From Armatimonadota bacterium (GTDB taxonomy: Bacteria; Armatimonadota; HRBIN16), in NCBI GenBank assembly GCA_026003195.1, contig BPGU01000003.1, positions 785,086 to 849,085 of the forward strand: DNA of 64,000 bases, written 5' to 3'. This document shows positions 19,146-30,378 of this stretch, piece by piece. Each line of letters opens with the position of its first letter. The stretch's first letter is position 1. A program made the translations under genes and the position numbers. A model generated the notes under the pieces. The model made no database searches. It was not told the origin of the DNA and saw only the letters and a list, made by a program, of their open reading frames with translations.

Positions 19146-20375
19146 TCAGGGCAGTAGACGGCTCATTAGCTCCGCGTCCGCCGAGTCGGGATAACGGCGA
19201 GCGATGTCGTTGGCGAAGCGTTTGAACTCCGCTAATGGTACCGCACGCTTGCCTCGCTTCTGGGAGAGATACGCTGCGCCCACGATGGCAGAGCACTCCG
19301 CCCCGAATTGCTCGTCGCTGAGGGAACGCACGCCCTTCCGCACACACTCCACCATGTTGCGTATCTCGCCGTAGAAGGAGGAGGGCCAGTACTCCCAGGT
19401 GGGCCCGGTCGCCTCCACGCGACGGCAGCCTCCTGTGGCATCCTCCACCACCACGATGCGCCTGTCTTCCTCATGGGTGAAGCGGATGGTTCCCATCGTG
19501 CCGATAATCACTGTATCGGGCGAATCGCGGTGGCTCCACGAGCCTTCCACGTGCGCGGTGCTCCATGCGCCTGTCTGCGGATGCTCGAAGCGAATGAGGA
19601 TATGCCCGTCGTCCTCCACGCGCACCCGCTGGAACTGCCCCGACAGGATACGCTGGGGCATACGGATAGTAATGCCGATCGGCTCGGCGGCTTTGACGGT
19701 GGTCGGTCGCTTCTCCATCCCCGACAGATACCACGACGCGCCGACAGCATGGATGCCGTTGTCCAGCAGGGAGCCGCCACCGCCTGTTTCAGCGTTCCAG
19801 AAGTTGGGGTTGCCTTCGGGTCCGCCGTGCGCGGTGGCTAAGAACATCATGACCGGTTCGCCAATCCATCCGGCGTCGATCAGCTTCTTCGCGGTGTAGT
19901 AGAAGGGGTCCCATAACCAGTTCTCGTTATGCTGATACAGTCTGCCTGTGCGTTGTACTGCTTCCACCACGCGCATACATTCCAGCCACGTGCGCGCCAT
20001 CGGCTTCTCGCACATCACATGCACCCCCGCCTCCAGCGCGGCAATCGCCATCGGCGCGTGGAGGTCAGGTTGCGTGCAGATGTCCACCAGGTCCAGGTTC
20101 TCGTTTTGCAGCATCATCTGCACGTCCTGGTACAATTTCACCTCTTTCAAGTCTTGCTTGAGGCGTTCGGCGGTGGACAGGTCACCCCGCTCTTCCGCCT
20201 GTTTTGCCTTCTGCTTATACAGCTCTTTCATGCGCGCTTCGGTAGCCGCCAGGGCATCCGCTGAAGCGTCGCACAGCGCCACCAGATGGCACGCGGGCAG
20301 GTCGGGATAGGCGGGCAGATGTGCCCCGCGAAAGATACCTCCCGTGCCGATAGCTCCAACCCGAATGCGTTTCAT
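19146..20375 (-). CDS. Gfo/Idh/MocA-family NAD(P)-dependent oxidoreductase
   Basis: N-terminal IRVGAIGTGGIFRGAHLPAY Rossmann segment. ATG 20375 has a GAGGAGG SD 9 nt upstream; the track start 20393 lies inside the SD/hairpin. Confidence 0.85.
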   Translation of the reverse strand: MKRIRVGAIGTGGIFRGAHLPAYPDLPACHLVALCDASADALAATEARMKELYKQKAKQAEERGDLSTAERLKQDLKEVKLYQDVQMMLQNENLDLVDICTQPDLHAPMAIAALEAGVHVMCEKPMARTWLECMRVVEAVQRTGRLYQHNENWLWDPFYYTAKKLIDAGWIGEPVMMFLATAHGGPEGNPNFWNAETGGGGSLLDNGIHAVGASWYLSGMEKRPTTVKAAEPIGITIRMPQRILSGQFQRVRVEDDGHILIRFEHPQTGAWSTAHVEGSWSHRDSPDTVIIGTMGTIRFTHEEDRRIVVVEDATGGCRRVEATGPTWEYWPSSFYGEIRNMVECVRKGVRSLSDEQFGAECSAIVGAAYLSQKRGKRAVPLAEFKRFANDIARRYPDSADAELMSRLLP

Positions 20376-20391
20376 CTGTGACAACCTCCTC

Positions 20392-20425
20392 ATCGCGAAT
20401 GGTGAACCGCTTCCCTATTCGCGAT
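20392..20425 (-). promoter_or_regulatory. perfect 9-bp inverted repeat ATCGCGAAT-N16-ATTCGCGAT directly 5' of the oxidoreductase SD
   Basis: Arms 20392-20400 and 20417-20425 are exact reverse complements. The proximal arm touches the GAGGAGG SD. Confidence 0.4.
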
Positions 20426-20486
20426 AGTGGGGAGGGCTTCCTGTAGGGCGATACACAGGAGGGGTTGCTTAAGGAGCGCGCCTGCC

Positions 20487-21080
20487 CTACCCTCCATCCG
20501 GGCTGAACCTGTCGGGATAGAGCGACAGGTGCACCGTCTTCACTGTGCCCGATTGCAACAGCACCAGCACCCAGCCCCCTGTGCCGGGGGAGGGAGTGTC
20601 GCGACGATTCTCCAGCCGGAAGTAGGTCGCCCAGTGCCAGTTGCAGTCTACCAGCGGCGTCTGCTCGCCCCATTTGCCCTCGCCGTAGCTGGGGAAAGGT
20701 TGCCACCATCCCAGCTCGTGCGCAACGCCCCAGTTGGGGATGTAGTCGTAGCTGACGCCCGTCGGCAGGTACAGGTTGCCCTCCAGACGGGGGTTGCCCG
20801 TGTGTTGTCCCCTCTGCGAGTCGGAGGGACAGATAAACAGTTGCGCTGAGGGCTGGTAAGCAGGATACAATGCACTCAGGCGAGGTGGAAGGGCGTCATA
20901 GTCCTGAAGGTACATGCGCGCTGCCATGCCTATCTGGCGCAGCTGGCTCATGCAGGAGACACGCCGGGCGCTCGCCCGTACCCGTGCGAACACGGGAAAC
21001 AGTATCGCTGCCAGCAGCGCGATAATAGCAATCACAACCAGCAACTCTATCAGCGTGAAAGCGATGGTTCGGCGGTTCAT
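20487..21080 (-). CDS. prepilin-type N-terminal cleavage/methylation domain protein (DUF1559-like pseudopilin)
   Basis: MNRRTIAFTLIELLVVIAIIALLAAILFPVF class-III signal peptide, then QLRQIGMAARMYLQDYD. Start at ATG 21080. Confidence 0.85.
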   Translation of the reverse strand: MNRRTIAFTLIELLVVIAIIALLAAILFPVFARVRASARRVSCMSQLRQIGMAARMYLQDYDALPPRLSALYPAYQPSAQLFICPSDSQRGQHTGNPRLEGNLYLPTGVSYDYIPNWGVAHELGWWQPFPSYGEGKWGEQTPLVDCNWHWATYFRLENRRDTPSPGTGGWVLVLLQSGTVKTVHLSLYPDRFSPDGG

Positions 21081-21186
21081 GGCTTGCTCCTGAGGAAGAA
21101 TACCATCCTTTATGATGACACAGAAAGGCGAATGGTTACCATCACGATAGCCGGTGTTTTCACTGAGGGTAGGGTATACTGAAACT

Positions 21187-22486
<1,300 letters not shown>

Positions 22487-22503
<17 letters not shown>

Positions 22504-23422
22504 CCTGTATGCATGGATCGACGCCTTTGCCGCCGACCTGCGGCATCGTCGACGCGCCTCCGAGAACACCCTGCGCGGCTACTCGCGCGACATCGTGCAG
22601 TTCGCAGAGTTTCTGGAGCGAGAATACCCCCACACGCGCTGGCAGGATGTGCAACCTGCTACCGTGCGAGCGTTTCTGGCGGAGCTGCACCGGCTGGCGA
22701 TGTCGCCTCGCAGTATCGAGCGTAAAATCGCCGCGCTGCGGGCGTTCTTCAGATACCTCCAGCATCGGGGCATCGTCACGAGCAACCCTGCGCAGGCGGT
22801 GCACGCCCCCCGCCACGACCAGCAGTTGCCCAAAGTGCTCGCCCTCCAGCAGGTGAACCAGCTCCTCACCGCCCCCGCTGGCGAGGACCCGCTGTCGGTG
22901 CGCGACCGCGCGATTTTAGAGCTGCTCTACGCTACCGGCATGCGAGTGGGCGAGCTGACCAGCCTGCGCCTGCAGGATATCGACTGGAGCCAGAACGCCA
23001 TTCAGGTCATCGGCAAGGGCAACAAAGCGCGAATCGTGCTCTTCGGGCGGGCGGCTCAGGAAGCGCTGAGCGAGTATCTTCACCGGGCTCGTCCTCAACT
23101 GCTGGCGAAGGGGAAGGCACAGGAGGAAGGCTGGCTATTCCTGAACGCACGCGGGACGCGCCTGACCGACCGCAGCGTGCGCAGGGTGATAGACCGCTAC
23201 GCGCCGGAGTTGAACAGCGGATTCAAGCCCACGCCGCACTCCCTGCGCCACTCGTTCGCCACGCATCTGCTGGATAGCGGAGCCGACCTGCGCACCGTAC
23301 AGGAGCTGCTGGGACACGCCAACCTGACCACCACGCAGATTTACACCCACGTCAGCCGCGAGCGGCTCAAGGAGGTGTATCGGAAGGCGCATCCGCGCGC
23401 AGCACACCAAGATGGAGAATAG
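22487..23422 (+). CDS. xerC: tyrosine recombinase XerC/XerD family
   Basis: HSLRHSFATHLL and LGHANLTTTQIYTHV catalytic region. Sits immediately after trmFO, as in the Firmicutes trmFO-codV arrangement. Confidence 0.8.
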
Positions 23423-23596
23423 ACTGGAGGTTTATTGCCAAAATCGTGCCAGCGCCTGATGCCTCACAGCTTTGTGTAGCGCCCCTCTTGCAGGTGCCGT
23501 AAAGCCTCCTCGGCAAACATGTCCAACTGTAGGTCATCTCTGTCGTTGTGTCGGGTGTGGTGAGCAAACAGGCAGATTCCGCTGCCCATCGTTCCC

Positions 23597-23625
23597 TTGA
23601 ACTTTGGGGATACATCGCGTACAAT
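23597..23625 (+). promoter_or_regulatory. near-consensus sigma70 promoter for the TolC-like gene
   Basis: TTGAAC (23597-23602), 17-nt spacer, TACAAT (23620-23625). Confidence 0.55.
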
Positions 23626-23670
23626 ACATGCGTAATATTCTATTGTCTATAGAAAATGAGGAGGTGTATC

Positions 23671-24969
23671 GTGTGTGATCGAAGCCTTTTAGTAGCGACA
23701 CTGCTACTTGCGTTGTTTATGCCGTCACAGGCGCAACAGTCGCTGACTCTGCAGGAAGCACTGTCGCTGGCAGAAAAGCACAACCCACGCTTGCAGGCAG
23801 TGCAGGCGCGTCGGGAGGGGTCGTTCGCTCGCGCCCGGGCGACGTCTGCTATGCTGTCGCCACAGGTCTCCGTATCGGGCTGGCTGGCACAGGGCACGGT
23901 AGACAACATGCTGAACTCTGCACCGGCAGTAATGCCTGACTCCATGCGCATGGCGTCACGCGACAGTTTCGCCTCTTCGCAAGTAAAGCTTTCCCTGCCG
24001 CTGTTCACCGGCGGACGGCTGCAAATGATGGCACGTGCTGCCCGCGCCGAAGCCGAAGCGATGTCCGCCGAGGTACAGGAGATGCATCAGGAGGTGCGTC
24101 TGGAGGTTACCATGCGCTATTTGCAGGCGTTGCTGCGTGGGGATCTGGTAGAGGTAGCCAAGAAGCGTTATGAAGCACAGCAAGAGCAAACGCGCATCAT
24201 GGAGCAGATGTATGAAATCGGCAAAGCACCGCTGGCGTTTGTATTGCGCAGTCGGGCGGCGGAGGCGGAAGCGAAGCAGGAGTTGACCACAGCCACCAGC
24301 GACTTCCGCAAAAGCCTGATTGACCTGCAGGTGAGTATCGGCTTATCGCCGACCGGCGAGATAGAGCTGCCTCGCGAACTGGAGCAACCTGTCCTCACGG
24401 TACCCGACACGGTGGAGGAAGCCGTCAAGAGGGGCTTGCAACGACGCGCCTTACTGCAATCCCAGCAGGCGCGCCTGCGCATGACGAGGTTAGAACGTCG
24501 GGCGGCTGAGGGGACGTTATTGCCGCAGGCGTATTTGACCGCTTCGCAGGACTGGGGAAAGGGGCAGCAAATGAAAGCGCAGTCGGGCTATACGGTGGCG
24601 CTGGTGCTCAGCATACCGATTTGGACAGGTGGGCAGTTACAGGCGCAAGTACGCGAAGCCGTCGCCCGCGAGCACGCAGAGGCTGCGATGGCGCGCGCCC
24701 TGCAGCTGCAGGTAGAGAGTGAGGTACGCCAGGCATGGCTGGATATCCAGACCGCCGCTGCGAACCTTGCTACCGCCCACGCTGCGTTGAAAGACGCAGA
24801 GGAAGCGTATCGCGTCGCGACATTACGTGTACAGGAAGGCAAGGCTCCCTTTGTGGAGCAAATGGATGCCCTTGCCGCTCTCACCGAAGCGCGCACCCGC
24901 CTGCTGGAAGCACGAACTGAGCATATTCTAGCGCAGGCTCGCCTGCTACGCGCAATGGGCGACCTGTAG
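23671..24969 (+). CDS. TolC-family outer-membrane efflux protein
   Basis: Signal peptide ...LLLALFMPSQAQQ and two tandem coiled-coil/beta repeats typical of OEP/TolC. GTG 23671 lies 6 nt after GAGGAGG; track ATG 23656 overlaps the SD. Confidence 0.8.
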   Translation: MCDRSLLVATLLLALFMPSQAQQSLTLQEALSLAEKHNPRLQAVQARREGSFARARATSAMLSPQVSVSGWLAQGTVDNMLNSAPAVMPDSMRMASRDSFASSQVKLSLPLFTGGRLQMMARAARAEAEAMSAEVQEMHQEVRLEVTMRYLQALLRGDLVEVAKKRYEAQQEQTRIMEQMYEIGKAPLAFVLRSRAAEAEAKQELTTATSDFRKSLIDLQVSIGLSPTGEIELPRELEQPVLTVPDTVEEAVKRGLQRRALLQSQQARLRMTRLERRAAEGTLLPQAYLTASQDWGKGQQMKAQSGYTVALVLSIPIWTGGQLQAQVREAVAREHAEAAMARALQLQVESEVRQAWLDIQTAAANLATAHAALKDAEEAYRVATLRVQEGKAPFVEQMDALAALTEARTRLLEARTEHILAQARLLRAMGDL

Positions 24970-24971
24970 TC

Positions 24972-25532
24972 CTACTCCGTCTTCTTGCGCAGCAGCGCGA
25001 TGAACAGCGTGGAGCGTGTTTCCTGAATAATCACCGCCTGAAAGTGGGTGATTTCCCACCCATGCGACACCAGCTCATTCAAGTGTTGCTCCATCAGGCG
25101 GTCATCCGTAGTGCGCACGATGCGGTATTCCACCGTCGCCAGCTTAGCGATCTCCTCTTCTCCATGCAGGATATGGAACAGGGGTTTGACATGGCGCTCC
25201 AGCATGGTCTCCAGAGGCATCTCCAGATCCGCCTCGCGAGGTTCCATCCCTAACCAGACGCGCCCATCGCCGTCACGATAGAGAACAAAGCCCGCTTCCA
25301 CCACTACCTCTTCCTGTATCTCGGGCTGGGAGAGCATCTGCTGACAATGTTCGCCGGATACCAGCCACATCTGCGAGTGGCGTGGCAACCCGAGCTCACT
25401 GTACTCATGATCCGTGCGCACTTCCCCCGCTACTCGCTCCAGCGCCATCCCGCCCTTCACGGCGGCGGCAACCACAGAGGTAGGAACGGCGCAGAAATTG
25501 CGGTGTAACCAGTCAGCGTACGTTCGTAACAT
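24972..25532 (-). CDS. hypothetical protein (C-terminal DUF4177-like segment)
   Basis: ORF from ATG 25532 (MLRTYADW). C-terminal YRIV...LNELVSHGWEITHF resembles DUF4177. No catalytic motif. Confidence 0.45.
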   Translation of the reverse strand: MLRTYADWLHRNFCAVPTSVVAAAVKGGMALERVAGEVRTDHEYSELGLPRHSQMWLVSGEHCQQMLSQPEIQEEVVVEAGFVLYRDGDGRVWLGMEPREADLEMPLETMLERHVKPLFHILHGEEEIAKLATVEYRIVRTTDDRLMEQHLNELVSHGWEITHFQAVIIQETRSTLFIALLRKKTE

Positions 25533-25734
25533 GTTGGGCACCCCCCTCTCCTGGCGAACGCTTCGCTGCGTGGTGCACCTGCATGCTACATCAGGGCAGC
25601 AGAAACGGGTCGCTGGTCTGAAGTTCTGCACTCACGCGGCGTCCCGCGCATTGTTGCTCCATTATAACATTCCAGCAAATTTCTGTCAAACGATAAAACT
25701 AACTGTGCTCAGAGGGGTTGTGGTGACAGAAGGC

Positions 25735-26646
25735 TCAATGCATGGTGCGCGGAGGCAACAGCAGGTACCGGGCACGCTCGGCCAGGGTTTGCACGTACTG
25801 CACCTGCGCTGGCGAAAGCCCGACTTCTGTAACGATGCTTTCCGCATCCATCCCCTGCTCCAGTCGCCAGAGCACCCTGTCCAGCGTGGTATATTCCAGT
25901 CCTATCGCCAGCTCGTCGGTCAAACCGGGCAGGAGGTCTGGCGAGGGGGGACGGTGGATAATCGGTTCGGGGACGCCCAGGTACTCCGCGAGCGCACGCA
26001 CCTGTGTTTTGTAGAGATGAGCCAGCGGGGCGATGTCCGCCGCGACATCACCGTATTTCACACAGAACCCGATTGCCAGCTCGGTCTTGTTTGCGGTACC
26101 GACAACCAGCAGGTTATACCGCTCGGCGTAGTAATAGAGCACGGTCGTGCGCAGGCGAACCTTTACCCGATGGTAAGCCACCGTTTGATTCAGCCAGGGT
26201 CCGCTCAGCCCGCGCGTGCCCAGCATCACCGCAGAAAAGGGGGTTTCCCCCTCGGGCAGTGTCTCGCGGAACTGCCGGTAGTAGCGCAGTATCAGGTTCG
26301 CTTTCAGGCGGCGCCCGGGTATCAGCCACAGGGGAACCAGTCGATATGCTCCCAACACAGCCAGTGGCAGCGTGAGGCACACCGTTTGACAACGAATACC
26401 CAGGCTCCGGGCGAGCTGGAGTGCCAGTCGCTTGCTTTCGGGCGCACTGTCGCGTTCCGGCAGTATCAACCCCAGCACGCGCTCCGCTCCCAGAGCCCGG
26501 GCAGCGAGTACCGCCACTACCGACGAGTCGATGCCGCCGCTGAGCCCAACAACCACTCCTTCCCGTCGAAAATCCTCTACCGCCTGGCGGATAAAGGCGG
26601 TCAAACCGTCTACGACATCCGCTGGCTCGATGTGTAACTCTTCCAA
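25735..26646 (-). CDS. nadE: NAD+ synthetase (ammonia-dependent type)
   Basis: PP-loop GLSGGIDSSVVA and NadE-typical downstream blocks. Confidence 0.9.
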   Translation of the reverse strand: MEELHIEPADVVDGLTAFIRQAVEDFRREGVVVGLSGGIDSSVVAVLAARALGAERVLGLILPERDSAPESKRLALQLARSLGIRCQTVCLTLPLAVLGAYRLVPLWLIPGRRLKANLILRYYRQFRETLPEGETPFSAVMLGTRGLSGPWLNQTVAYHRVKVRLRTTVLYYYAERYNLLVVGTANKTELAIGFCVKYGDVAADIAPLAHLYKTQVRALAEYLGVPEPIIHRPPSPDLLPGLTDELAIGLEYTTLDRVLWRLEQGMDAESIVTEVGLSPAQVQYVQTLAERARYLLLPPRTMH

Positions 26647-28139
26647 GAACGGCTCTTGCCCCCTTGAACTTCGCTCAGGTACTCCCGTTGCCAGATGGGA
26701 TCGAACTTCTCCCGCAGCTTCTCATCATAGGCTACCAGCCCCTGATAGTAGCTGGGGTCTCGCAGAGCATCGGCTGCAGACTCATCCTCCGGCTCTGGAC
26801 GGTATCGCTCGATCATCGCGCGTCCATCGCGGTGATGGTCGCGTATCGAGCAGGGGATGAGCCAGTTGCCGTGCTCCTCCGGTCGTTCCTTGCCGAAGCC
26901 GTAGTCCCACTGCCACTGCCGGATGGCGCGGAAGTAGGGCAGGTCATAGATGTCGTCTATCGTGCCGCCCCGACGATAGATGTCGTGAATGTTCACCGGC
27001 GAGTAGGGCACGAACACGCAGGGCATGACCTTGCCGCTCCAGTCGATGTACAGGTAGCCCGCGTCGCGCCCGGCGGCGATACAGCCATCGCTGACGGTTC
27101 CGCAGTTCCAGAAGTCCGCCAGCATGATGTGTCGCTCACGCACCAGCTGCCAGGTGCGCTGCCACATCCACACGCGCTGTTCGGGCGTAGGCAACAGCTC
27201 CAGCGTATAGCCACGCCCAATGGGCATGTACTGGAACAGCCAGCCAAATACCGCCTGCTGCTGCTCGAAGAAGAAGTCTACAAACTCGTCGGACAAAATC
27301 TCCTCGGCGTTGTGACGGGTGGCAGTGAGCGAGATGCCGAAAATCACTCCCGCCTCCCGCAGGTACTCCATCCCCTTCAGAATGCGCCGGAAGACGCCCT
27401 TGCCACGCCGCGCATCGGTACGCTCTTCCAGACCCTCCACCGAGATAGCAGGAACGATGTTGCCCGCCTGCGCCATCTGTTCGGCAACGCGCTGGTCAAT
27501 GAGCGTACCGTTGGTGTACATCATGAAGAAGCAATCTTCATGCTCGGCAAACAGGTCCAGGATGCCCTTACCCTGCGAGCGGTACGCCAGCGGTTCGCCG
27601 CCCGAGATGGTGAAGAAGCGCATGCCCCACAGCGTCTTCGCCTCATGGACAATCCGGTGCACAATGTCCCACTCTAGCTTGTCTACGGTTCCCTGACTGG
27701 AGTTGGCGTAACAGCCGATGCAGTGCAGGTTGCACACCTTCGTGGGGCTGAGCACCATGGTGATCGGGGGGGCATGTCCTTCATGCCGCTGCTTGAAGCT
27801 GCGCTCGGCAGACTCAATCTCTTCGCTCTGGCGCAGGATGGTGTTCACCACCAGCGCACGCAATAGCCGTCGGACGACCGTACGGGAGACCTGCTTGCGC
27901 TCCATCGCCCGGTCAATGGAGCGAATCAGCGCACGCATCAGGTCCATCTTATCGCGGGTGACTTGCGGAGGGCGGTTCGGGCTGGCACTCTCTTGAACAT
28001 GCGCTAGCACACGCTTCTCCAGTTGCCGCATCACCGCACGACGCAACGTGTCATTCCACAACGCTTGCTCGGCAAGGGACAGCAGGGACTCCAGACTCCC
28101 TTCCACCATGTGCTGAACCACAGTGCTTCGTGTGCCCAT
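26610..28139 (-). CDS. radical SAM enzyme with SPASM/twitch-like C-terminal Cys cluster and about 130-aa N-terminal helical extension
   Basis: CNLHCIGCY (CxxxCxxC), GGEPL, and C-terminal CGTVSDGCIAAG...GKVMPCVF auxiliary-cluster-like motif. Confidence 0.8.
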   Translation of the reverse strand: MGTRSTVVQHMVEGSLESLLSLAEQALWNDTLRRAVMRQLEKRVLAHVQESASPNRPPQVTRDKMDLMRALIRSIDRAMERKQVSRTVVRRLLRALVVNTILRQSEEIESAERSFKQRHEGHAPPITMVLSPTKVCNLHCIGCYANSSQGTVDKLEWDIVHRIVHEAKTLWGMRFFTISGGEPLAYRSQGKGILDLFAEHEDCFFMMYTNGTLIDQRVAEQMAQAGNIVPAISVEGLEERTDARRGKGVFRRILKGMEYLREAGVIFGISLTATRHNAEEILSDEFVDFFFEQQQAVFGWLFQYMPIGRGYTLELLPTPEQRVWMWQRTWQLVRERHIMLADFWNCGTVSDGCIAAGRDAGYLYIDWSGKVMPCVFVPYSPVNIHDIYRRGGTIDDIYDLPYFRAIRQWQWDYGFGKERPEEHGNWLIPCSIRDHHRDGRAMIERYRPEPEDESAADALRDPSYYQGLVAYDEKLREKFDPIWQREYLSEVQGGKSRSWKSYTSSQRMS

Positions 28140-28205
28140 GGCGAACCTCCTTCACCTTCGTGTTGTCCAGGAGCCCACAGTTTGCCAGTTACACCCCAGT
28201 ATTAT

Positions 28206-28234
28206 GAGATAGCACACAATGAGTTGCTTGTCAA
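28206..28234 (-). promoter_or_regulatory. possible internal promoter for the radical SAM gene
   Basis: Minus-strand TTGACA (28234-28229), 17-nt spacer, TATCTC (28211-28206). The -10 is weak. Confidence 0.3.
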
Positions 28235-28243
28235 GGGGGTGTC

Positions 28244-28813
28244 TTAAAACTGCACCTTCGGCACCTCTCTTTCCTGCGGCGCCGCCTCAAAGAGGGGCAT
28301 CTCTTCTGCCCACACGCTCTGCGCCACCAGCACGGCGGGGAAGGTCTTCTGGTACACGTTGTAGTTGGTCGCTGCCTCGTTATACAGCTCGCGACGGTCG
28401 GCGATCTGCTCTTCCAGGTCCGCCAGGGTGCGCTGCAGGTGCAGGAAGTTCTCGTTCGCCTTGAGCTCGGGGTACTGCTCGCCCCACACGATGATGTCGC
28501 CCAGCAGGCGCGTGGCCTCTTGCTCCGCCTGAATGCGCTGTTTGCGGTCCTGTGCACCCAGCGCGACCGCACGCAGTTCGGCGATACGCTCCAGCACCTG
28601 CTTCTCATGCTGTGCGTAGCCCTTCACCGTCTCCACCAGGTTCGGGATGAGGTCCCATCGCTGTTTGAGCACCACATCCACGTTCGCCCACGCGCGCTGT
28701 GCCTGCCCGCGCAGGTTCACCAGGTTGTTGTAGGCGGCGATGACCCATATCACCAGCACGCCTCCAAGGATGAACAGCACAATCGCTAACGTCGAAACGG
28801 TTACCATGTTCAT
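28244..28813 (-). CDS. lemA: LemA family membrane protein
   Basis: N-terminal TM helix followed by AYNNLVNLRGQ...WANVDVVLKQRWDLIPNLV, typical of LemA. Confidence 0.9.
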   Translation of the reverse strand: MNMVTVSTLAIVLFILGGVLVIWVIAAYNNLVNLRGQAQRAWANVDVVLKQRWDLIPNLVETVKGYAQHEKQVLERIAELRAVALGAQDRKQRIQAEQEATRLLGDIIVWGEQYPELKANENFLHLQRTLADLEEQIADRRELYNEAATNYNVYQKTFPAVLVAQSVWAEEMPLFEAAPQEREVPKVQF

Positions 28814-30210
28814 TATCCTCCTGACAGGGATTCATGAATATACTCCAACACTGCGCTGGGACCCAACAGGATGAACACCACGCCCAACAACAGCAACAGT
28901 CCCAGCACCGCCAGCACCAGTCCGGTGCCCGTGCGACCGGTATACACCCTGCCCTCCTGCCCCTCCAGCACTACCATGCACTTGTGGAAGCGATCGTACT
29001 GCAGGCGCATTTCGTCGCGGGCGGTGCCGGGCAGGTCGTATTCGTAGTATCTCGCCCAGACGGTCACCGTAGCGTTGGGCGGGATGAAATGTACGTGCGT
29101 GCGCACGTCCCCCACACTGGCGAACCAGGGGAACGACCGAACGGGCTGGTAGTTGTAGAACAGAGCCAGATGGTCGGGGTAGAACTCTGCACCGCTCACC
29201 TCCACCACCGCCCTGCCTGTGCCGTCGTCCAGCACGAAGTCCACGCCATCGGAGGAGCTGTAGATGGTCTCCCAGCGGTAGACGGTGCGTGTCCTCCAGC
29301 GCTTGCTCTGCGAGTCATAGTACTGCTCCGTGCGACGGACGTAGCGTTCGGAGATCTCCCGGATATAGATGCCGGAGATGTTTCCTACCTGGCTGGTGAC
29401 CACGCCGAAAGCGGCTTCAGCCACCCCGCGCACTTTCACGAACCCGTGCGAGGCGCTGCGCAAACGAGTGAGGGGAGTATTTCGCAACAGTTGTCCCTGC
29501 TGCCAGGTGCGCGCGGCGAACACCATGCAGGCGATGCTGCCGATGGTGAGCACGCCTGCTATCCAGCTTTCGGGTTGGGGAGAGAACTGCTGTGCCGCCA
29601 GCAGCACCCCCAGCGGGAGCATCATGCTTCCCCCTGCCGCGAGCAGAAGGCTCAGGAGAACCTGTGCGAACAAAGCCCGGGTGTTCCATCCGCTTGCCCA
29701 CTGTAGAATCACCATTTGTACCACCAGCACCGCCAGAAACACCCAGACCATCGGCGTCAACCAGTTCACCCCGGCTTCCGGCGTCGGCGGGGGCGACGGG
29801 ACAGGGGGAGGCTCAGTATACGGGCGAGTGTAGTCGTAGTAGTCATACTGGATATCCGTAGGCGGCAGTTTCGCCATACCCTCATGCGCCCGGCGTATCA
29901 GGTCGGAACCTGAGGGTGCAAGAGCCAAGCATCGTTCATACCAGCGTTTGGCGGTAGCGTATCTGCCCAGCTGGTGTGACCACTCCGCATAGCGGAAGGC
30001 GACTTGAGCGCGAGCGAGGTTATTGGGCGCAAGGGCGAACGCTTTCTCCAGCGCCTCCAGAGCGCGGTCACCCTCTCCTCTCTCCCACGCTTGCCGGGCA
30101 CGCTCCAACTGCTGTTTCCATGCAGGAGTAGTGCGCGCGGGTTGCTGTGCCCAGGTAGTGACGGCGCACAACATGGCGGCAAGTGCAGCTATGAGCAGTG
30201 TGGCTCTCAT
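28813..30210 (-). CDS. signal-peptide/TPR-like, multi-TM protein with GIDE-like C-terminal domain
   Basis: Signal peptide MRATLLIAALAAMLCAVTTWAQQ, TPR-like helices, a Pro-rich linker and several TM segments. The C-terminal segment VKVRGVAEA...VDFVLDDGTGRAVVEV resembles the GIDE family that often accompanies LemA. TAATG overlap with lemA. Confidence 0.55.
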   Translation of the reverse strand: MRATLLIAALAAMLCAVTTWAQQPARTTPAWKQQLERARQAWERGEGDRALEALEKAFALAPNNLARAQVAFRYAEWSHQLGRYATAKRWYERCLALAPSGSDLIRRAHEGMAKLPPTDIQYDYYDYTRPYTEPPPVPSPPPTPEAGVNWLTPMVWVFLAVLVVQMVILQWASGWNTRALFAQVLLSLLLAAGGSMMLPLGVLLAAQQFSPQPESWIAGVLTIGSIACMVFAARTWQQGQLLRNTPLTRLRSASHGFVKVRGVAEAAFGVVTSQVGNISGIYIREISERYVRRTEQYYDSQSKRWRTRTVYRWETIYSSSDGVDFVLDDGTGRAVVEVSGAEFYPDHLALFYNYQPVRSFPWFASVGDVRTHVHFIPPNATVTVWARYYEYDLPGTARDEMRLQYDRFHKCMVVLEGQEGRVYTGRTGTGLVLAVLGLLLLLGVVFILLGPSAVLEYIHESLSGG

Positions 30211-30378
30211 GGTTTCCTTTACTCAGACCACCGGAAGCAGGTCCAAGTTGCATCCCGGCGATAACAGGCGACAATACAGATTTTTCTCTGTTCCTGTTGC
30301 TTCCTGCCATGTATAATATGAGAGGAGAAGTGCCCGGTCATAGAGCGTTCTATGCTTTTCTGGATGTCTTTCCCTGGG

